Source of the DNA: Candidatus Peregrinibacteria bacterium CG2_30_44_17
GTDB taxonomy: Bacteria > Patescibacteriota > Gracilibacteria > UBA1369 > UBA12470
DNA length: 61,622 nucleotides
NCBI GenBank assembly: GCA_001873565.1
Contig: MNZJ01000037.1
Coordinates: forward strand, 1-61,622
Direction of reading: 5' to 3'
The position numbers and the translations under genes are program-made. Below, piece by piece: positions 1 to 9,156 of this stretch (positions are counted from its first letter, which is position 1; the number at the start of each line of letters is the position of its first letter). The notes under the pieces were generated by a model. It was given only the letters and a program-made list of their open reading frames with translations, searched no databases and was not told the DNA's origin.

Positions 1-467
1 TTGATCTCCTGTACACCACCTAGAGACGTTTCCAGCTTATTAATAATCTTCTCGAGTTTCACGGCTTCTTTCTTGGTGTATTTGCTGAATTCGCCGCTAG
101 CCTTCTCATCTTTTAACTGTTTCAGATATTTGATCCTCTGCTTAATGGTCTTGAAGTTTGTAAATAGTCCAGGAACCCACTTCTGAGTTACGTATGGGCA
201 ATTACATCCTTTTGCAGCAGCTTTTACCAGTTCGGTAGCTTGTTGCTTTGTACTTACGAACATGATCGTCTTTCCCTGAGATGCTGATGCATTAAGGAAT
301 TTCACTGCCTCTTCCAGGGCTATTGCGGTTTTGTTCAGGTCGAAAACGTGGATCCCTTGTTTGTCTCCGTAGATGAAAGATTTCATCTTAGGATTCCATT
401 TGCTCGTTGCATGTCCAAAATGAACAGCGTTTTTGAGCATTTCTTTCAGGTCTTTTTCCGTTGGCAT
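1..467 (-). CDS. rpsB: 30S ribosomal protein S2 (3' end outside window)
   Basis: Not in the ORF track. Manual translation from ATG at 467 gives MPTEKDLKEMLKNAVHFGHATSKWNPKM...IHVFDL...YVTQKWVPGLFTNF, matching the S2 signatures HFGH..WNPKM and W.GG.LTNF. Confidence 0.97.
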   Translation of the reverse strand, partial: MPTEKDLKEMLKNAVHFGHATSKWNPKMKSFIYGDKQGIHVFDLNKTAIALEEAVKFLNASASQGKTIMFVSTKQQATELVKAAAKGCNCPYVTQKWVPGLFTNFKTIKQRIKYLKQLKDEKASGEFSKYTKKEAVKLEKIINKLETSLGGVQEI

Positions 468-607
468 GTGTCCTTGTGGTTATTGCCTAGATACCGTCTT
501 CTCCTATCGAGGATTCCCTTTTGCGGGCAGGACAATAGGATCGAGTACCAGACTTGGATATAAATGGGCATTTTCGATGAAAACGCCAACGGTCGCATTT
601 TAGTATA
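468..607 (-). promoter_or_regulatory. rpsB promoter and structured 5' leader (possible S2 autoregulatory leader)
   Basis: TATACT -10 on the minus strand (602-607). Nested stem CCTAT...CCC-GCAAAA-GGG...ATAGG at 503-539 in the leader. Confidence 0.5.
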
Positions 608-694
608 ATCGCTTCTGGAAGGCAAGTGGAGAAATTGCATTGTGTTTGATATAATTTGTGCAATAAGAGTCTTAATATATTTAATTTCATTATT

Positions 695-949
695 ATGATT
701 GATGATTTAAGGGGTCAGATTGACGTTCTTGATAAGAAAATTCTTTCTCTTCTTAAGGAAAGATTTGTGATTGCCCAACAGATTGGCGATCTAAAAAAAG
801 GTAATGATTTGCCTGTGGTTGATGAAGATAGAGAGGCTTTGATATTGAAAAAGCTTGCTGAAGTTTCTATCAAAGAGGGTCTGAATCCGGATTTTGTTTG
901 CTCCGTGTATGAGTTGATCTTCAAGGAATCTCGCAGATTGCAGTGTTGA
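695..949 (+). CDS. Chorismate mutase, AroQ (type II) family
   Basis: LRGQIDVLDKKILSLLKERF..A.QIG..K....PV.DEDRE...I..ESRRLQ pattern. Start placed at the ATG at 695. Confidence 0.88.
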   Translation: MIDDLRGQIDVLDKKILSLLKERFVIAQQIGDLKKGNDLPVVDEDREALILKKLAEVSIKEGLNPDFVCSVYELIFKESRRLQC

Positions 950-974
950 CGCAGGTGTTAAAAATTGGTATAAT
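946..974 (+). promoter_or_regulatory. sigma70-type promoter TTGACG-N17-TATAAT with extended TG
   Basis: TTGACG at 946-951, 17-nt spacer, TATAAT at 969-974. Confidence 0.8.
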
Positions 975-1001
975 GTAATGATTTATAATCAAATCAGAAA
1001 C

Positions 1002-1583
1002 ATGATAGCTTCCGGTAATCAATCTCAAGTCCAAGTTCCTCAGGCTCAACAGCAGCCGGAGCCGGTTCAGGACTCTACTAAGGAGCCTGTGAAAATCACT
1101 ATTATATTGCCTACTAATGCATATTTCTTGTCCGGCATACGTGATTTTACTTTGACGATGACTAAGAATATGACGGGTTTTTCAGAACAATGGGCTTATC
1201 GTTTTCAGTCAGTTGTGGATGAGCTCTGTAATAATGCTATCGAGCATGGATCTGAGAAAGGTCAGAATGTAACTATTAGCTTTGTTAATATCCCTGATGA
1301 TAGTCTTGAAGTTATAGTTGAAGATAGTGGTACCGGTGCTAGTAAATATACCGCGGCTCAGATGAATAACTTGGTGAAGGAAAGGATTTCAATGATGCAA
1401 GGGCAGTATCTTGGCTTGCGCGGCAGGGGACTACCTAAGATTGTGGCCGAATGGACTGATGAGCTTTTGTTTGAGGATATTGAAGGCGGTGGACTTAGAG
1501 TACGTGTGAAGAAGTATTTACGTAGCAAAGAGGATGCAGTATTATCGTCGTCGGGTGATCCTACCCATGTGATGCTTACGTAA
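1002..1583 (+). CDS. Anti-sigma-factor Ser/Thr kinase-like ATP-binding protein (RsbW/SpoIIAB, HATPase_c_2)
   Basis: N-box ELCNNAIEHG, G1 VEDSGTG, G2 RGRGL. The promoter position favours ATG 1002 over ATG 978. Confidence 0.85.
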   Translation: MIASGNQSQVQVPQAQQQPEPVQDSTKEPVKITIILPTNAYFLSGIRDFTLTMTKNMTGFSEQWAYRFQSVVDELCNNAIEHGSEKGQNVTISFVNIPDDSLEVIVEDSGTGASKYTAAQMNNLVKERISMMQGQYLGLRGRGLPKIVAEWTDELLFEDIEGGGLRVRVKKYLRSKEDAVLSSSGDPTHVMLT

Positions 1584-1617
1584 TCACTATGAATAAACAA
1601 ATAACAAATAAACAATT

Positions 1618-1983
1618 ATGACTCAGGCAACAATAACATTTGAGGACGTGCGATCCGATAGTGATAAAAAAGTTAAGATCGTGAAAATCGTCGGTCAGCT
1701 TGACGAAAGCAATGTAGATGAAGAGGCAAAGAAAATTTATGCAGTGATTGAAGGTGCTGGTAGTGGACTTAGTTTGATTTTTGACTTCAGTGATCTTGAG
1801 TACATGAATAGTAAGTCGATCGGATATTTGACTGATTGGTACAGCAAAGTCTCGAGTAGTGGTGGCAAGCTTGTTGTTGCTCAGGCTAAGAGTAACATTG
1901 TCGATATCCTGCAGGTTGTTGGATTGACGCAGCTCGTTACTACTTATCCAAGTGTTGAAGAGGCTAAACTTGCTGTGATGTAG
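1618..1983 (+). CDS. STAS-domain anti-anti-sigma factor (RsbV/SpoIIAA-like)
   Basis: GQLD...DFSDLEYMNSKSIG..L...ILQVVGL, including the phosphorylatable Ser motif. Confidence 0.9.
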   Translation: MTQATITFEDVRSDSDKKVKIVKIVGQLDESNVDEEAKKIYAVIEGAGSGLSLIFDFSDLEYMNSKSIGYLTDWYSKVSSSGGKLVVAQAKSNIVDILQVVGLTQLVTTYPSVEEAKLAVM

Positions 1984-2006
1984 TTTGTATTTACGAATCA
2001 TCTTTT

Positions 2007-2036
2007 GAGCCCTGCCTTTTTCGTAGGGCTTTTTTT
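2007..2036 (+). terminator. Intrinsic terminator
   Basis: GAGCCCTGC-loop-GTAGGGCTT followed by a T-run. Confidence 0.8.
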
Positions 2037-2092
2037 GTTTGGTGGATTTTATTCCAAACTTCAGTAAAATAAAGAAGCTTAAATAAAAACAA

Positions 2093-3199
2093 ATGATAGA
2101 TGCTAAGATAGCTTTGGTTGCCGATTGGCTGACCGATCCGGGTGGGGCTGAGAAGGTTGTTTATGCTATGCACAGAATGTTTCCGGAGGCTCCGATTTAT
2201 ACTTCTATCTATGATAAGGATAAGTTGCCGATGTTCGAGGATGCCGATGTTCGTACTTCGTTTATCCAAAAATGGCCTGCGGCCAAGCATCATCATCAAT
2301 GGTATCTCAAGTGGATGCCTGTCGCTTTTGAGCAGTTCGATTTGTCAGAGTACGATATTGTGATCTCCAGTAGTCATTCATGCGCCAAAGGTATTATTAC
2401 GAAGCCTCAGACTATGCATATAAGCTACTGTCATACGCCTATGAGGTATGTCTGGGACGATTGTCACAGATATTTGAAAGATTATCCGTGGCCGAATATG
2501 ATGAAAAAGGTGGCTGCTTACGTGCTTCATGATATACGGCTTTGGGATCGTTTGGCGGCCGATCGTGTCGATTATTTTATTTCTAATTCTGATTATATAG
2601 GGGAGCGTATTTCTAAGTACTACAAGGCTAAATCAGAGACTATATATCCGATTGTTGAGACTGATAACTTCTACTTATCCAGTGACACTGGTAATTTTTA
2701 TCTTGCTGTTGGTCGGCTTATACCTTACAAGCGATTTGATCTGATAGTGGAGGCTTTTAATCATCTTGGCAAACCACTTAAGATTGTTGGGCGTGGTCCT
2801 GAAATGCAGAGACTCAAACGAATGGCTAGGCAGAATATTGAATTCTTGGATTATGTATCGGATGAGCAGTTAAGAGAGCTGCTTTCTACTTGCAAAGCTT
2901 TTGTTTTTCCTCAAGTTGAAGACTTCGGGATTGCACCTGTCGAGGCTATGGCTTCCGGAAGGCCTGTGATTGCTTATGCCGATGGTGGGGCGCTTGAGAC
3001 CGTACAGGACGGAAAGAGCGGAGTTTTCTTTGATACTCAGAGTGCGGATGCGCTTATAAAAGCGGTTTTGCGGTTTGAGAAGAAGAAATTTAATGGTAAA
3101 AGTATTGCAGATAGTGTCGCTGAGTTTGGAAGAGATCGTTTTGAGAGAGAACTTAAGAGTTTTATTTCTAGGAAGTGGAAGAGCTTTAATAGGAAGTAA
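2093..3199 (+). CDS. Glycosyltransferase family 4 (GT-B)
   Basis: GGAEKV, YCHTPMRY, EDFGIAPVEAMASGRPVI. Confidence 0.93.
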   Translation: MIDAKIALVADWLTDPGGAEKVVYAMHRMFPEAPIYTSIYDKDKLPMFEDADVRTSFIQKWPAAKHHHQWYLKWMPVAFEQFDLSEYDIVISSSHSCAKGIITKPQTMHISYCHTPMRYVWDDCHRYLKDYPWPNMMKKVAAYVLHDIRLWDRLAADRVDYFISNSDYIGERISKYYKAKSETIYPIVETDNFYLSSDTGNFYLAVGRLIPYKRFDLIVEAFNHLGKPLKIVGRGPEMQRLKRMARQNIEFLDYVSDEQLRELLSTCKAFVFPQVEDFGIAPVEAMASGRPVIAYADGGALETVQDGKSGVFFDTQSADALIKAVLRFEKKKFNGKSIADSVAEFGRDRFERELKSFISRKWKSFNRK

Positions 3200-3221
3200 T
3201 GAGCCTTTAATTCAAATTAGC

Positions 3222-4064
3222 ATGGATATACGCAACTATTTTTACTATTTATGGCGAATGAAGTGGAAGGCTGTTTCTGTTGGCATTATTTTTGCTGTTT
3301 GCGGGTTTGTGTATACTTCCGTTTCCAGCATTACTACTTATGAAGGTGTTGTTTTTTTGACTGTCGGTATGGAACAGGCGGAATATCCGCAGGAGGCGGA
3401 AGCTTTTGGCGCACGAGGCGTGACGGAAGCCGATTATTACTTTGCTCAGACTGTTCAAGGATGGACTATGGACCCATCTTTTGCTAACGACGTGATTTCT
3501 CGATTACAGATCGTTAGCGACGATGCTGCGTTGTCTATTTCCGCTAGGCAGCAGGAAAGGCAAAATATTATATTCAGTGTTGTTTCTGGGGATTCCCAGA
3601 CTGCACTTGATGCTTCACAGGCATCCCTTGATGAACTTGATGATAGGCTCATGGGTTATAACGAGACGATGCAAACTTCTTATAAGATTGCTAATCCGGC
3701 AGTCACTTTGCTGACTCACGAACCCAATGTCGTTAGGAATTCGGTTTTGGGGTTACTTGTTGGCATGATCTTCGTTTTTGTTGCGATGCTTTGTTATGAA
3801 TTCCTTGTCGGTATTGTGAGTTTTACTTTTCAGGTCGAAAAAATTCTTGGTAAGCCTTCCATTGATCCTTCTTATATATCAAAAAACGGCTATATACTTG
3901 GTGTTGGCACTGATGTTTCCAAGAAGTACGGACGTGATGTTGTGCATAGCGGAGATATAAAGCATGGCAACTATGTATTTGTTGTCAAAATAGGCACTGC
4001 CTCTGAAAAAGAGCTACAGACTTTGGTAAAAGTAGTTTCTGATTATGAGTGGATCACGGCTTAA
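3222..4064 (+). CDS. Wzz/CapA-like polysaccharide chain-length determinant membrane protein
   Basis: MD(I/L)..Y..L..KW N-terminus, two TM helices, P...N..LG motif. Lies between two GT4 genes. Start moved to ATG 3222. Confidence 0.6.
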   Translation: MDIRNYFYYLWRMKWKAVSVGIIFAVCGFVYTSVSSITTYEGVVFLTVGMEQAEYPQEAEAFGARGVTEADYYFAQTVQGWTMDPSFANDVISRLQIVSDDAALSISARQQERQNIIFSVVSGDSQTALDASQASLDELDDRLMGYNETMQTSYKIANPAVTLLTHEPNVVRNSVLGLLVGMIFVFVAMLCYEFLVGIVSFTFQVEKILGKPSIDPSYISKNGYILGVGTDVSKKYGRDVVHSGDIKHGNYVFVVKIGTASEKELQTLVKVVSDYEWITA

Positions 4065-4076
4065 CAAGGCTATTTA

Positions 4077-5147
4077 ATGAAAATTGGAATTGATTTAAGG
4101 CCTCTTTTGCATGGCAAGGCGTCAGGTGTTGCTGTTTATACGCACTCCTTGGTCTCGGAGATGATAAAGCATAAAGAACATGAGTTTGTGCTTTTTCTTA
4201 GTGGGAGTAAAAGCGAATATTCACATATCATGGATGATTTCTCCGGAGCGAACATCAAGAAGGTGTTTTGGAAAGTGCCTAACAGGATACTTAATTTTGG
4301 TTTTTGGTTTCTTAATTACCCCAAGGTCGATCTCGGTCTGGATGCGATGTTCCTCCCCGATATGAGGCCGATTAGACTGCCTAAGGGCACGGCGAAAATT
4401 GTTACTTGTCATGACCTTTCGTTCCTGCGGTTTTCTCGATTTTTCTCATGGAAAAGCAGGTTTTGGTACAAGCTAAATAGCCCAAAGAATTATTTTCGGA
4501 CTGCCGACAAGGTCATTTCTGTGTCGAAATTTACCAAGAAAGAGCTGGAAAGGCTCTGCGGAGTTGCAAGTGAGGTTGTTTATGAGGGCGCCAGTATCTC
4601 TGATGAGAGTGATACTGCGGCTGTTTCCGAGAAATACAATTTGCCTGCTCGCTACCTGCTATCTTTGTCTACACTTGAGCCCCGTAAGAATCTTAAGAGA
4701 GTTATAGAAGCATTTCAGAAGGCAAAGGTCGATTGTGATTTGGTTGTGGCTGGTGATTTTGACACATCGGTTTTTTCTAAATTGAAACTGCCATCGAGTG
4801 ATAGAGTGCACTTAATAGGGGAGATTGCCGAGACGGAAAAGAAAGCCTTGTATGGGATGTCGGATGGTCTTGTTTATGTGTCTTTGTATGAGGGTTTTGG
4901 ACTCCCCCCTCTAGAGGCTATGTGGTGTGGTAAGCCTGTCTTAACAAGCAAGGATAGTCCTATGGAAGAGGTTTGTGGCAAGTATGGCGTCTATGTCGAT
5001 CCTTATGACGTTGCTGATATTTCAGCCGGTATAAGAGAGCTTATAACTGCCGATAAAGATCCCAAGGAAATTGCTGAACATGCCAGGAAATTCAGCTGGA
5101 GAGATGCAGCTAAACGCACTTTGGAAATCATTGAAAGTTCGCTGTGA
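4077..5147 (+). CDS. Glycosyltransferase family 4 (MtfB-like)
   Basis: MKIGID, TCHDL, LEPRKNL, SLYEGFGLPPLEAM. Confidence 0.93.
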   Translation: MKIGIDLRPLLHGKASGVAVYTHSLVSEMIKHKEHEFVLFLSGSKSEYSHIMDDFSGANIKKVFWKVPNRILNFGFWFLNYPKVDLGLDAMFLPDMRPIRLPKGTAKIVTCHDLSFLRFSRFFSWKSRFWYKLNSPKNYFRTADKVISVSKFTKKELERLCGVASEVVYEGASISDESDTAAVSEKYNLPARYLLSLSTLEPRKNLKRVIEAFQKAKVDCDLVVAGDFDTSVFSKLKLPSSDRVHLIGEIAETEKKALYGMSDGLVYVSLYEGFGLPPLEAMWCGKPVLTSKDSPMEEVCGKYGVYVDPYDVADISAGIRELITADKDPKEIAEHARKFSWRDAAKRTLEIIESSL

Positions 5148-5148
5148 T

Positions 5149-6372
5149 TTATTTCTCCTTGTCTAAATAGTCTGTCACGAACAAAGACGCTGTTGTTGCG
5201 ACAGGTACGGCTAAGATTATTCCAAGTATACCTAGCATCTGATATCCGATTAAGACAGAGATAATAATAATAACCGGTTTTAGTCCTACTGTTTTTTTCA
5301 TTATCAGTGGAATAAGTACATTGCCTTCCAGTTGCTGAGCCATGATGACGATGCCTATGACCCATAGGACCAGCCATGGGGATTCGTTGAATGCAATCAA
5401 TCCAGCCGGTATGCCTGCAAGGATGGGTCCTATAACAGGGAATAGCTCAGCTATTCCTCCCATCATTGCCAGCGTGATTGCGAAGTCGAGTCCAAGAAGC
5501 GAGAATCCGATCAAGTATAGTGTGAACATGGAAATCATAAGCATCATCATGCCACGTATCCAGTGTCCTATCTTGTCTTTGATCTTCTCTGATTTCTCTA
5601 CGATATACGCGCTGTACTTAGATGGGAATACGGATTTCAGGAACTTGTCTACACTTCCCGCGTCTACTACCAAGAAGAATGTGATGATGAGTACTAGTAT
5701 AGCGTTGAATACGCCATTAAATATCATCTTAAGAGCCACAAATGTATTGCCTGCAATGTTCTGTAATTGCTCGCCAAGTTTCTCGAGAGTGCCTTGCAAA
5801 TTGTTTATAAATGTTTGCTGATCGACAGCTTCCAGTGATGATTGTAAGTAAGGTATTATCTTGTCTGCAAAAGGCAATGTCTCTAATGAGTCGCCGTTGG
5901 TGATGTTTGTTATGAGATGTCCGGCTTTCTTTGCAAGTTCCAGCAGCTGATCTGCAACGATCGGTATAAGATTTGATATGAAGAATCCTACCAGAAACAA
6001 TAATACAGCGTAGATACCTAGTACGCTGATTGCTCTTGGTACTTTTCTGCTCTGTAATTTGTTTACTGCGGGATCAATAGCTGCATACAGCAGTAGCGAT
6101 ACGAAGACGATCAGAATTATACTTCTAATCTCGTATGCCACTTGCATTAACAGATAGATTAGTAGTATCACAAGCGCGGACTTAGCGACGCTAGCTATAG
6201 ATAGATGTACCAGTACAGTATCTTGCTTCTTTGGCTTCGGCAGAGTGGATTCGATCTTCTGGTTATGAGTCTTCTCGTATTCTTCTATTTTACTTAGCGC
6301 ATCTATTTTTGCCCTTATGCTTTTGAGCTTTTTTTGAGAATTTTTAAGCAGATTACTTATTCTGTTTTTCAT
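5149..6372 (-). CDS. AI-2E family transporter (PerM/TqsA-like)
   Basis: Multi-TM protein with P.IGP and QQLEGNVLIP..M.K.VGL.P motifs. Confidence 0.9.
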   Translation of the reverse strand: MKNRISNLLKNSQKKLKSIRAKIDALSKIEEYEKTHNQKIESTLPKPKKQDTVLVHLSIASVAKSALVILLIYLLMQVAYEIRSIILIVFVSLLLYAAIDPAVNKLQSRKVPRAISVLGIYAVLLFLVGFFISNLIPIVADQLLELAKKAGHLITNITNGDSLETLPFADKIIPYLQSSLEAVDQQTFINNLQGTLEKLGEQLQNIAGNTFVALKMIFNGVFNAILVLIITFFLVVDAGSVDKFLKSVFPSKYSAYIVEKSEKIKDKIGHWIRGMMMLMISMFTLYLIGFSLLGLDFAITLAMMGGIAELFPVIGPILAGIPAGLIAFNESPWLVLWVIGIVIMAQQLEGNVLIPLIMKKTVGLKPVIIIISVLIGYQMLGILGIILAVPVATTASLFVTDYLDKEK

Positions 6373-6381
6373 GTTGGTTAT

Positions 6382-6873
6382 TTATGATGTTAGTTGAGTT
6401 TGTATGATGTTTACTATTATCCATGCAAGGCTTGCCAGTGCGAGTCCTATGAGTGCGTACATTACTGCTTTTTTGCCTTTCTCTTTGTCCTCCGTGACGC
6501 CTCCCCATGCATAATAATATCCGCCGACTATGACGAATAGAACGCTGATTAGTCCCGCTACCCCTATGAGAAACTCGATAATGTATGTGATGTAATAAGG
6601 TAGCATCCATAGGTGAATATCGCCGGTTTTGATTCCGCATGACAAAAACTCCTCTCTACATGGATTCTCAGTGCTTAGGGTGCATTCCGTATTTGCCATG
6701 TACGCTGCCCTTTCCGTATCGTCGTTATTCGCACTGCTTATAATCGTCATGCACTCTGCATCTGTGAAGTTTTCCGCTCCTTGTGGCAATATTGTGTCTG
6801 CCGCTAATGCTGTCGGAATAAGCATTGCTATTGAAGCAATCAGAGTTAGTAGAATTGCTGCTGCTTTTTTCAT
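6382..6873 (-). CDS. CPR-type pilin (TrbC/VirB2-like C-terminal hairpin) with signal peptide
   Basis: Signal peptide (ALA-AD), Cys-containing mid-region, then I..IV.GG..Y..G..E.K.KGK....A.IGL....AW.IV. Confidence 0.75.
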   Translation of the reverse strand: MKKAAAILLTLIASIAMLIPTALAADTILPQGAENFTDAECMTIISSANNDDTERAAYMANTECTLSTENPCREEFLSCGIKTGDIHLWMLPYYITYIIEFLIGVAGLISVLFVIVGGYYYAWGGVTEDKEKGKKAVMYALIGLALASLAWIIVNIIQTQLTS

Positions 6874-6931
6874 GTTTGTATTTTTAGGACGACGCGCGAC
6901 TTACATATTACATACCTGAGTAGGTGAGTGT

Positions 6932-7507
6932 CTAGTCAAATAGCATTCTTCCGAGCCTTACTATTGTTGCCCCACACTTGATTGCCAGTTGATAATCTTG
7001 GCTCATGCCCATTGAGAGCTCTTTGAGATGGTACTTTTTTTGGAGTTTTTTCATGCGGTTGAACTGGGTGGTGATGGCTAGTTGATCTGATGTGTCCTCT
7101 GCAATCGTCATTAAGCCTTCGAGCTTAAGGGAGGGGAGTGAGCTGACGGTCTCTATCAAAGGCTGGACGTGTTCCTCTAATATGCCACCTTTTTGATTTT
7201 CGCGACTTATGTTGACTTGTATGTATATTCTTTGTGTTTTTCCGAGTTTTTCGGCGGCTTTGTTCACTGCTTTGGCTAGTTTCTCGGAATCGATAGTTTC
7301 GATAACGTCGCATAGATTTACCGCCATAGCGGCTTTGTTGGTTTGCAAATGTCCTATGAAATGTTTTTCCACTCCCGTTAGCTCGGGGAATTTTTCGCAA
7401 GCTTCCTTTATGCGATTTTCGCCGACTATGCTGATGTTGTGTTTGCGAATGATCTTGAGTATTTCTTCCAAAGACCGCCCTTTTGTAACCGCCATTGTTT
7501 TCGTCAT
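6932..7507 (-). CDS. yggS: YggS/PLPBP pyridoxal-phosphate homeostasis protein
   Basis: AVTK, GENR, HFIGHLQTNK, GLMT, LSMGMSQDY, GATIVRLG. Start moved to ATG 7507 because the longer ORF overlaps der. Confidence 0.9.
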   Translation of the reverse strand: MTKTMAVTKGRSLEEILKIIRKHNISIVGENRIKEACEKFPELTGVEKHFIGHLQTNKAAMAVNLCDVIETIDSEKLAKAVNKAAEKLGKTQRIYIQVNISRENQKGGILEEHVQPLIETVSSLPSLKLEGLMTIAEDTSDQLAITTQFNRMKKLQKKYHLKELSMGMSQDYQLAIKCGATIVRLGRMLFD

Positions 7508-7556
7508 GGTTTTTAGATATGATTCACCACGGTTTGTATCATAACAAAAAATACAG

Positions 7557-8876
7557 ATGTTGCCGATAGTGGCTATCGTAGGGAAGCCGAATACTGGAAA
7601 GTCTACAATATTCAATAGATTGCTTGGAAAGAGGAGGGCTATAGAATCCGATGTTGCAGGTACCACTCGTGATAAATTGATGTCCAAAACCACTATTGGT
7701 GGCGAGAAGATGTATCTTGTCGATACTGGCGGTATCAGGATGGAGAATGAAGATGATATAGAGGAGGATATGCTGGCTCAAGCACATATCGCTATTGATG
7801 GCGCTGACGTGATTTTGTTCGTTGTCGATGGGCAGAAGCCTCTCTCCGGCGAGGATTTCCATGTGGCTGAGATTTTACGCAAATCCGGGAAGCGTACGAT
7901 TCTTGTCGCAAACAAGTGCGATAATCCCGATATTGAGAGTAGGAAATACAATCTCTATGAGCTTGGTTTTGGCGATGCAGTTGCTGTTGCCGCGCTACAC
8001 AAGATAGGTCTTGATGCTTTGAGTGGTATGATCGTGACAGTTCTTGAAGAAGATGGGAAAACAGCGCCTGACGAGAAAGAAAAAGATGCCGACGTTGTAC
8101 GCGTTAGTTTTCTTGGAAAGCCGAATGTAGGAAAGTCTTCATTGCTGAATGCTATTCTGGGTAAGAAGGAGTCAATTGTCTCCGATATCCCCGGTACTAC
8201 TCGTGATACTGTAGAGGCTTATCTGAAGCATGGCGACAAAGAACTCTGTATTGTTGATACGGCCGGAGTTCGGAGGAGAGGCAAAGTGGCCAAAGGTATT
8301 GAGAAATTCAGTGTTCTTAGGAGTTTGCAGGCCATTGAGGATAGTGACGTCTCTGTGCTTGTGCTCGACTACAAAGAGGGTATTACCAGTCAAGATATGC
8401 ATGTTGCTTCTTATATTCTCGAACAGGGCAATGGTCTTATCATCACTGTTAATAAGAGTGATCTTATGGACAATGTCCAAGAGGATTGCAATCGTTTTAT
8501 CAAACATGCAAGATACAAGTTCGATTTTCTAGCTTGGGCTCCGCTTGTCTTTGTTAGTGCTTTGGAAAACAAGGGTACTTCTGAGTTGCTTGACGTGATT
8601 TTTGATTGCAACGAGGAGAGAAAAAGGCGCATTACGGATACGGATCTTTCGATCTGGCTTGAGAAAACTGTTTCTGACCACACTCCCAAGGGCACCAAAT
8701 ACGGCCAGCTTAACAGGATTGATTCTATCACTCAGCATGGTATTCAGCCTCCGAGTTTTACTATCAAGACCAGGTTCCCTGACAAGGTTCATTTTTCTTA
8801 CCGCAGGTATCTGGAGAATCGGCTGCGTGAGGAGTTCGGTTTTAATGGTACTGCTATTAGGATTAGGTTTAAGTAA
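7557..8876 (+). CDS. der: Ribosome biogenesis GTPase Der (EngA)
   Basis: Two tandem G domains (GKPNTGKS, GKPNVGKS; DTGG/DTAG; NKCD/NKSD) and a C-terminal KH-like SYRRYLENRLRE segment. Confidence 0.97.
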   Translation: MLPIVAIVGKPNTGKSTIFNRLLGKRRAIESDVAGTTRDKLMSKTTIGGEKMYLVDTGGIRMENEDDIEEDMLAQAHIAIDGADVILFVVDGQKPLSGEDFHVAEILRKSGKRTILVANKCDNPDIESRKYNLYELGFGDAVAVAALHKIGLDALSGMIVTVLEEDGKTAPDEKEKDADVVRVSFLGKPNVGKSSLLNAILGKKESIVSDIPGTTRDTVEAYLKHGDKELCIVDTAGVRRRGKVAKGIEKFSVLRSLQAIEDSDVSVLVLDYKEGITSQDMHVASYILEQGNGLIITVNKSDLMDNVQEDCNRFIKHARYKFDFLAWAPLVFVSALENKGTSELLDVIFDCNEERKRRITDTDLSIWLEKTVSDHTPKGTKYGQLNRIDSITQHGIQPPSFTIKTRFPDKVHFSYRRYLENRLREEFGFNGTAIRIRFK

Positions 8877-8909
8877 ACGACTCTATAAAGTCATTAACAA
8901 TCCGTATAT

Positions 8910-9122
8910 ATGGTTACTACAACTGTTGAAGTCCGAATACCATCTGATGTTGACCAAGCTATGCTTGCGCTTGCCGGGAAGGTTGCTGCAGGTCACCATG
9001 CGGAATTAGATTTCGATACCGATGTTCTCTCCGTTCAAGTTCCCGAGGATAATGTTGAGGGTTACACTGCAGCAATAGCTGCAAGATTCGGCGTTGTCAC
9101 GGCTGCTCCTTCGAGTAATTGA
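8910..9122 (+). CDS. Small hypothetical protein (possible ferredoxin-like fold)
   Basis: 70-aa ATG ORF filling the gap after der, with protein-like composition. Confidence 0.55.
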   Translation: MVTTTVEVRIPSDVDQAMLALAGKVAAGHHAELDFDTDVLSVQVPEDNVEGYTAAIAARFGVVTAAPSSN

Positions 9123-9156
9123 TTCCTGTATCCCCGGAACTACAAACTACAATTGG

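Noticed and set aside
7508-7693. N-terminal extension of YggS in the ORF track
   Set aside because: It is the antisense of the der 5' end. Track extensions at 3075, 10137, 33985 and 53373 were likewise trimmed to internal ATGs.
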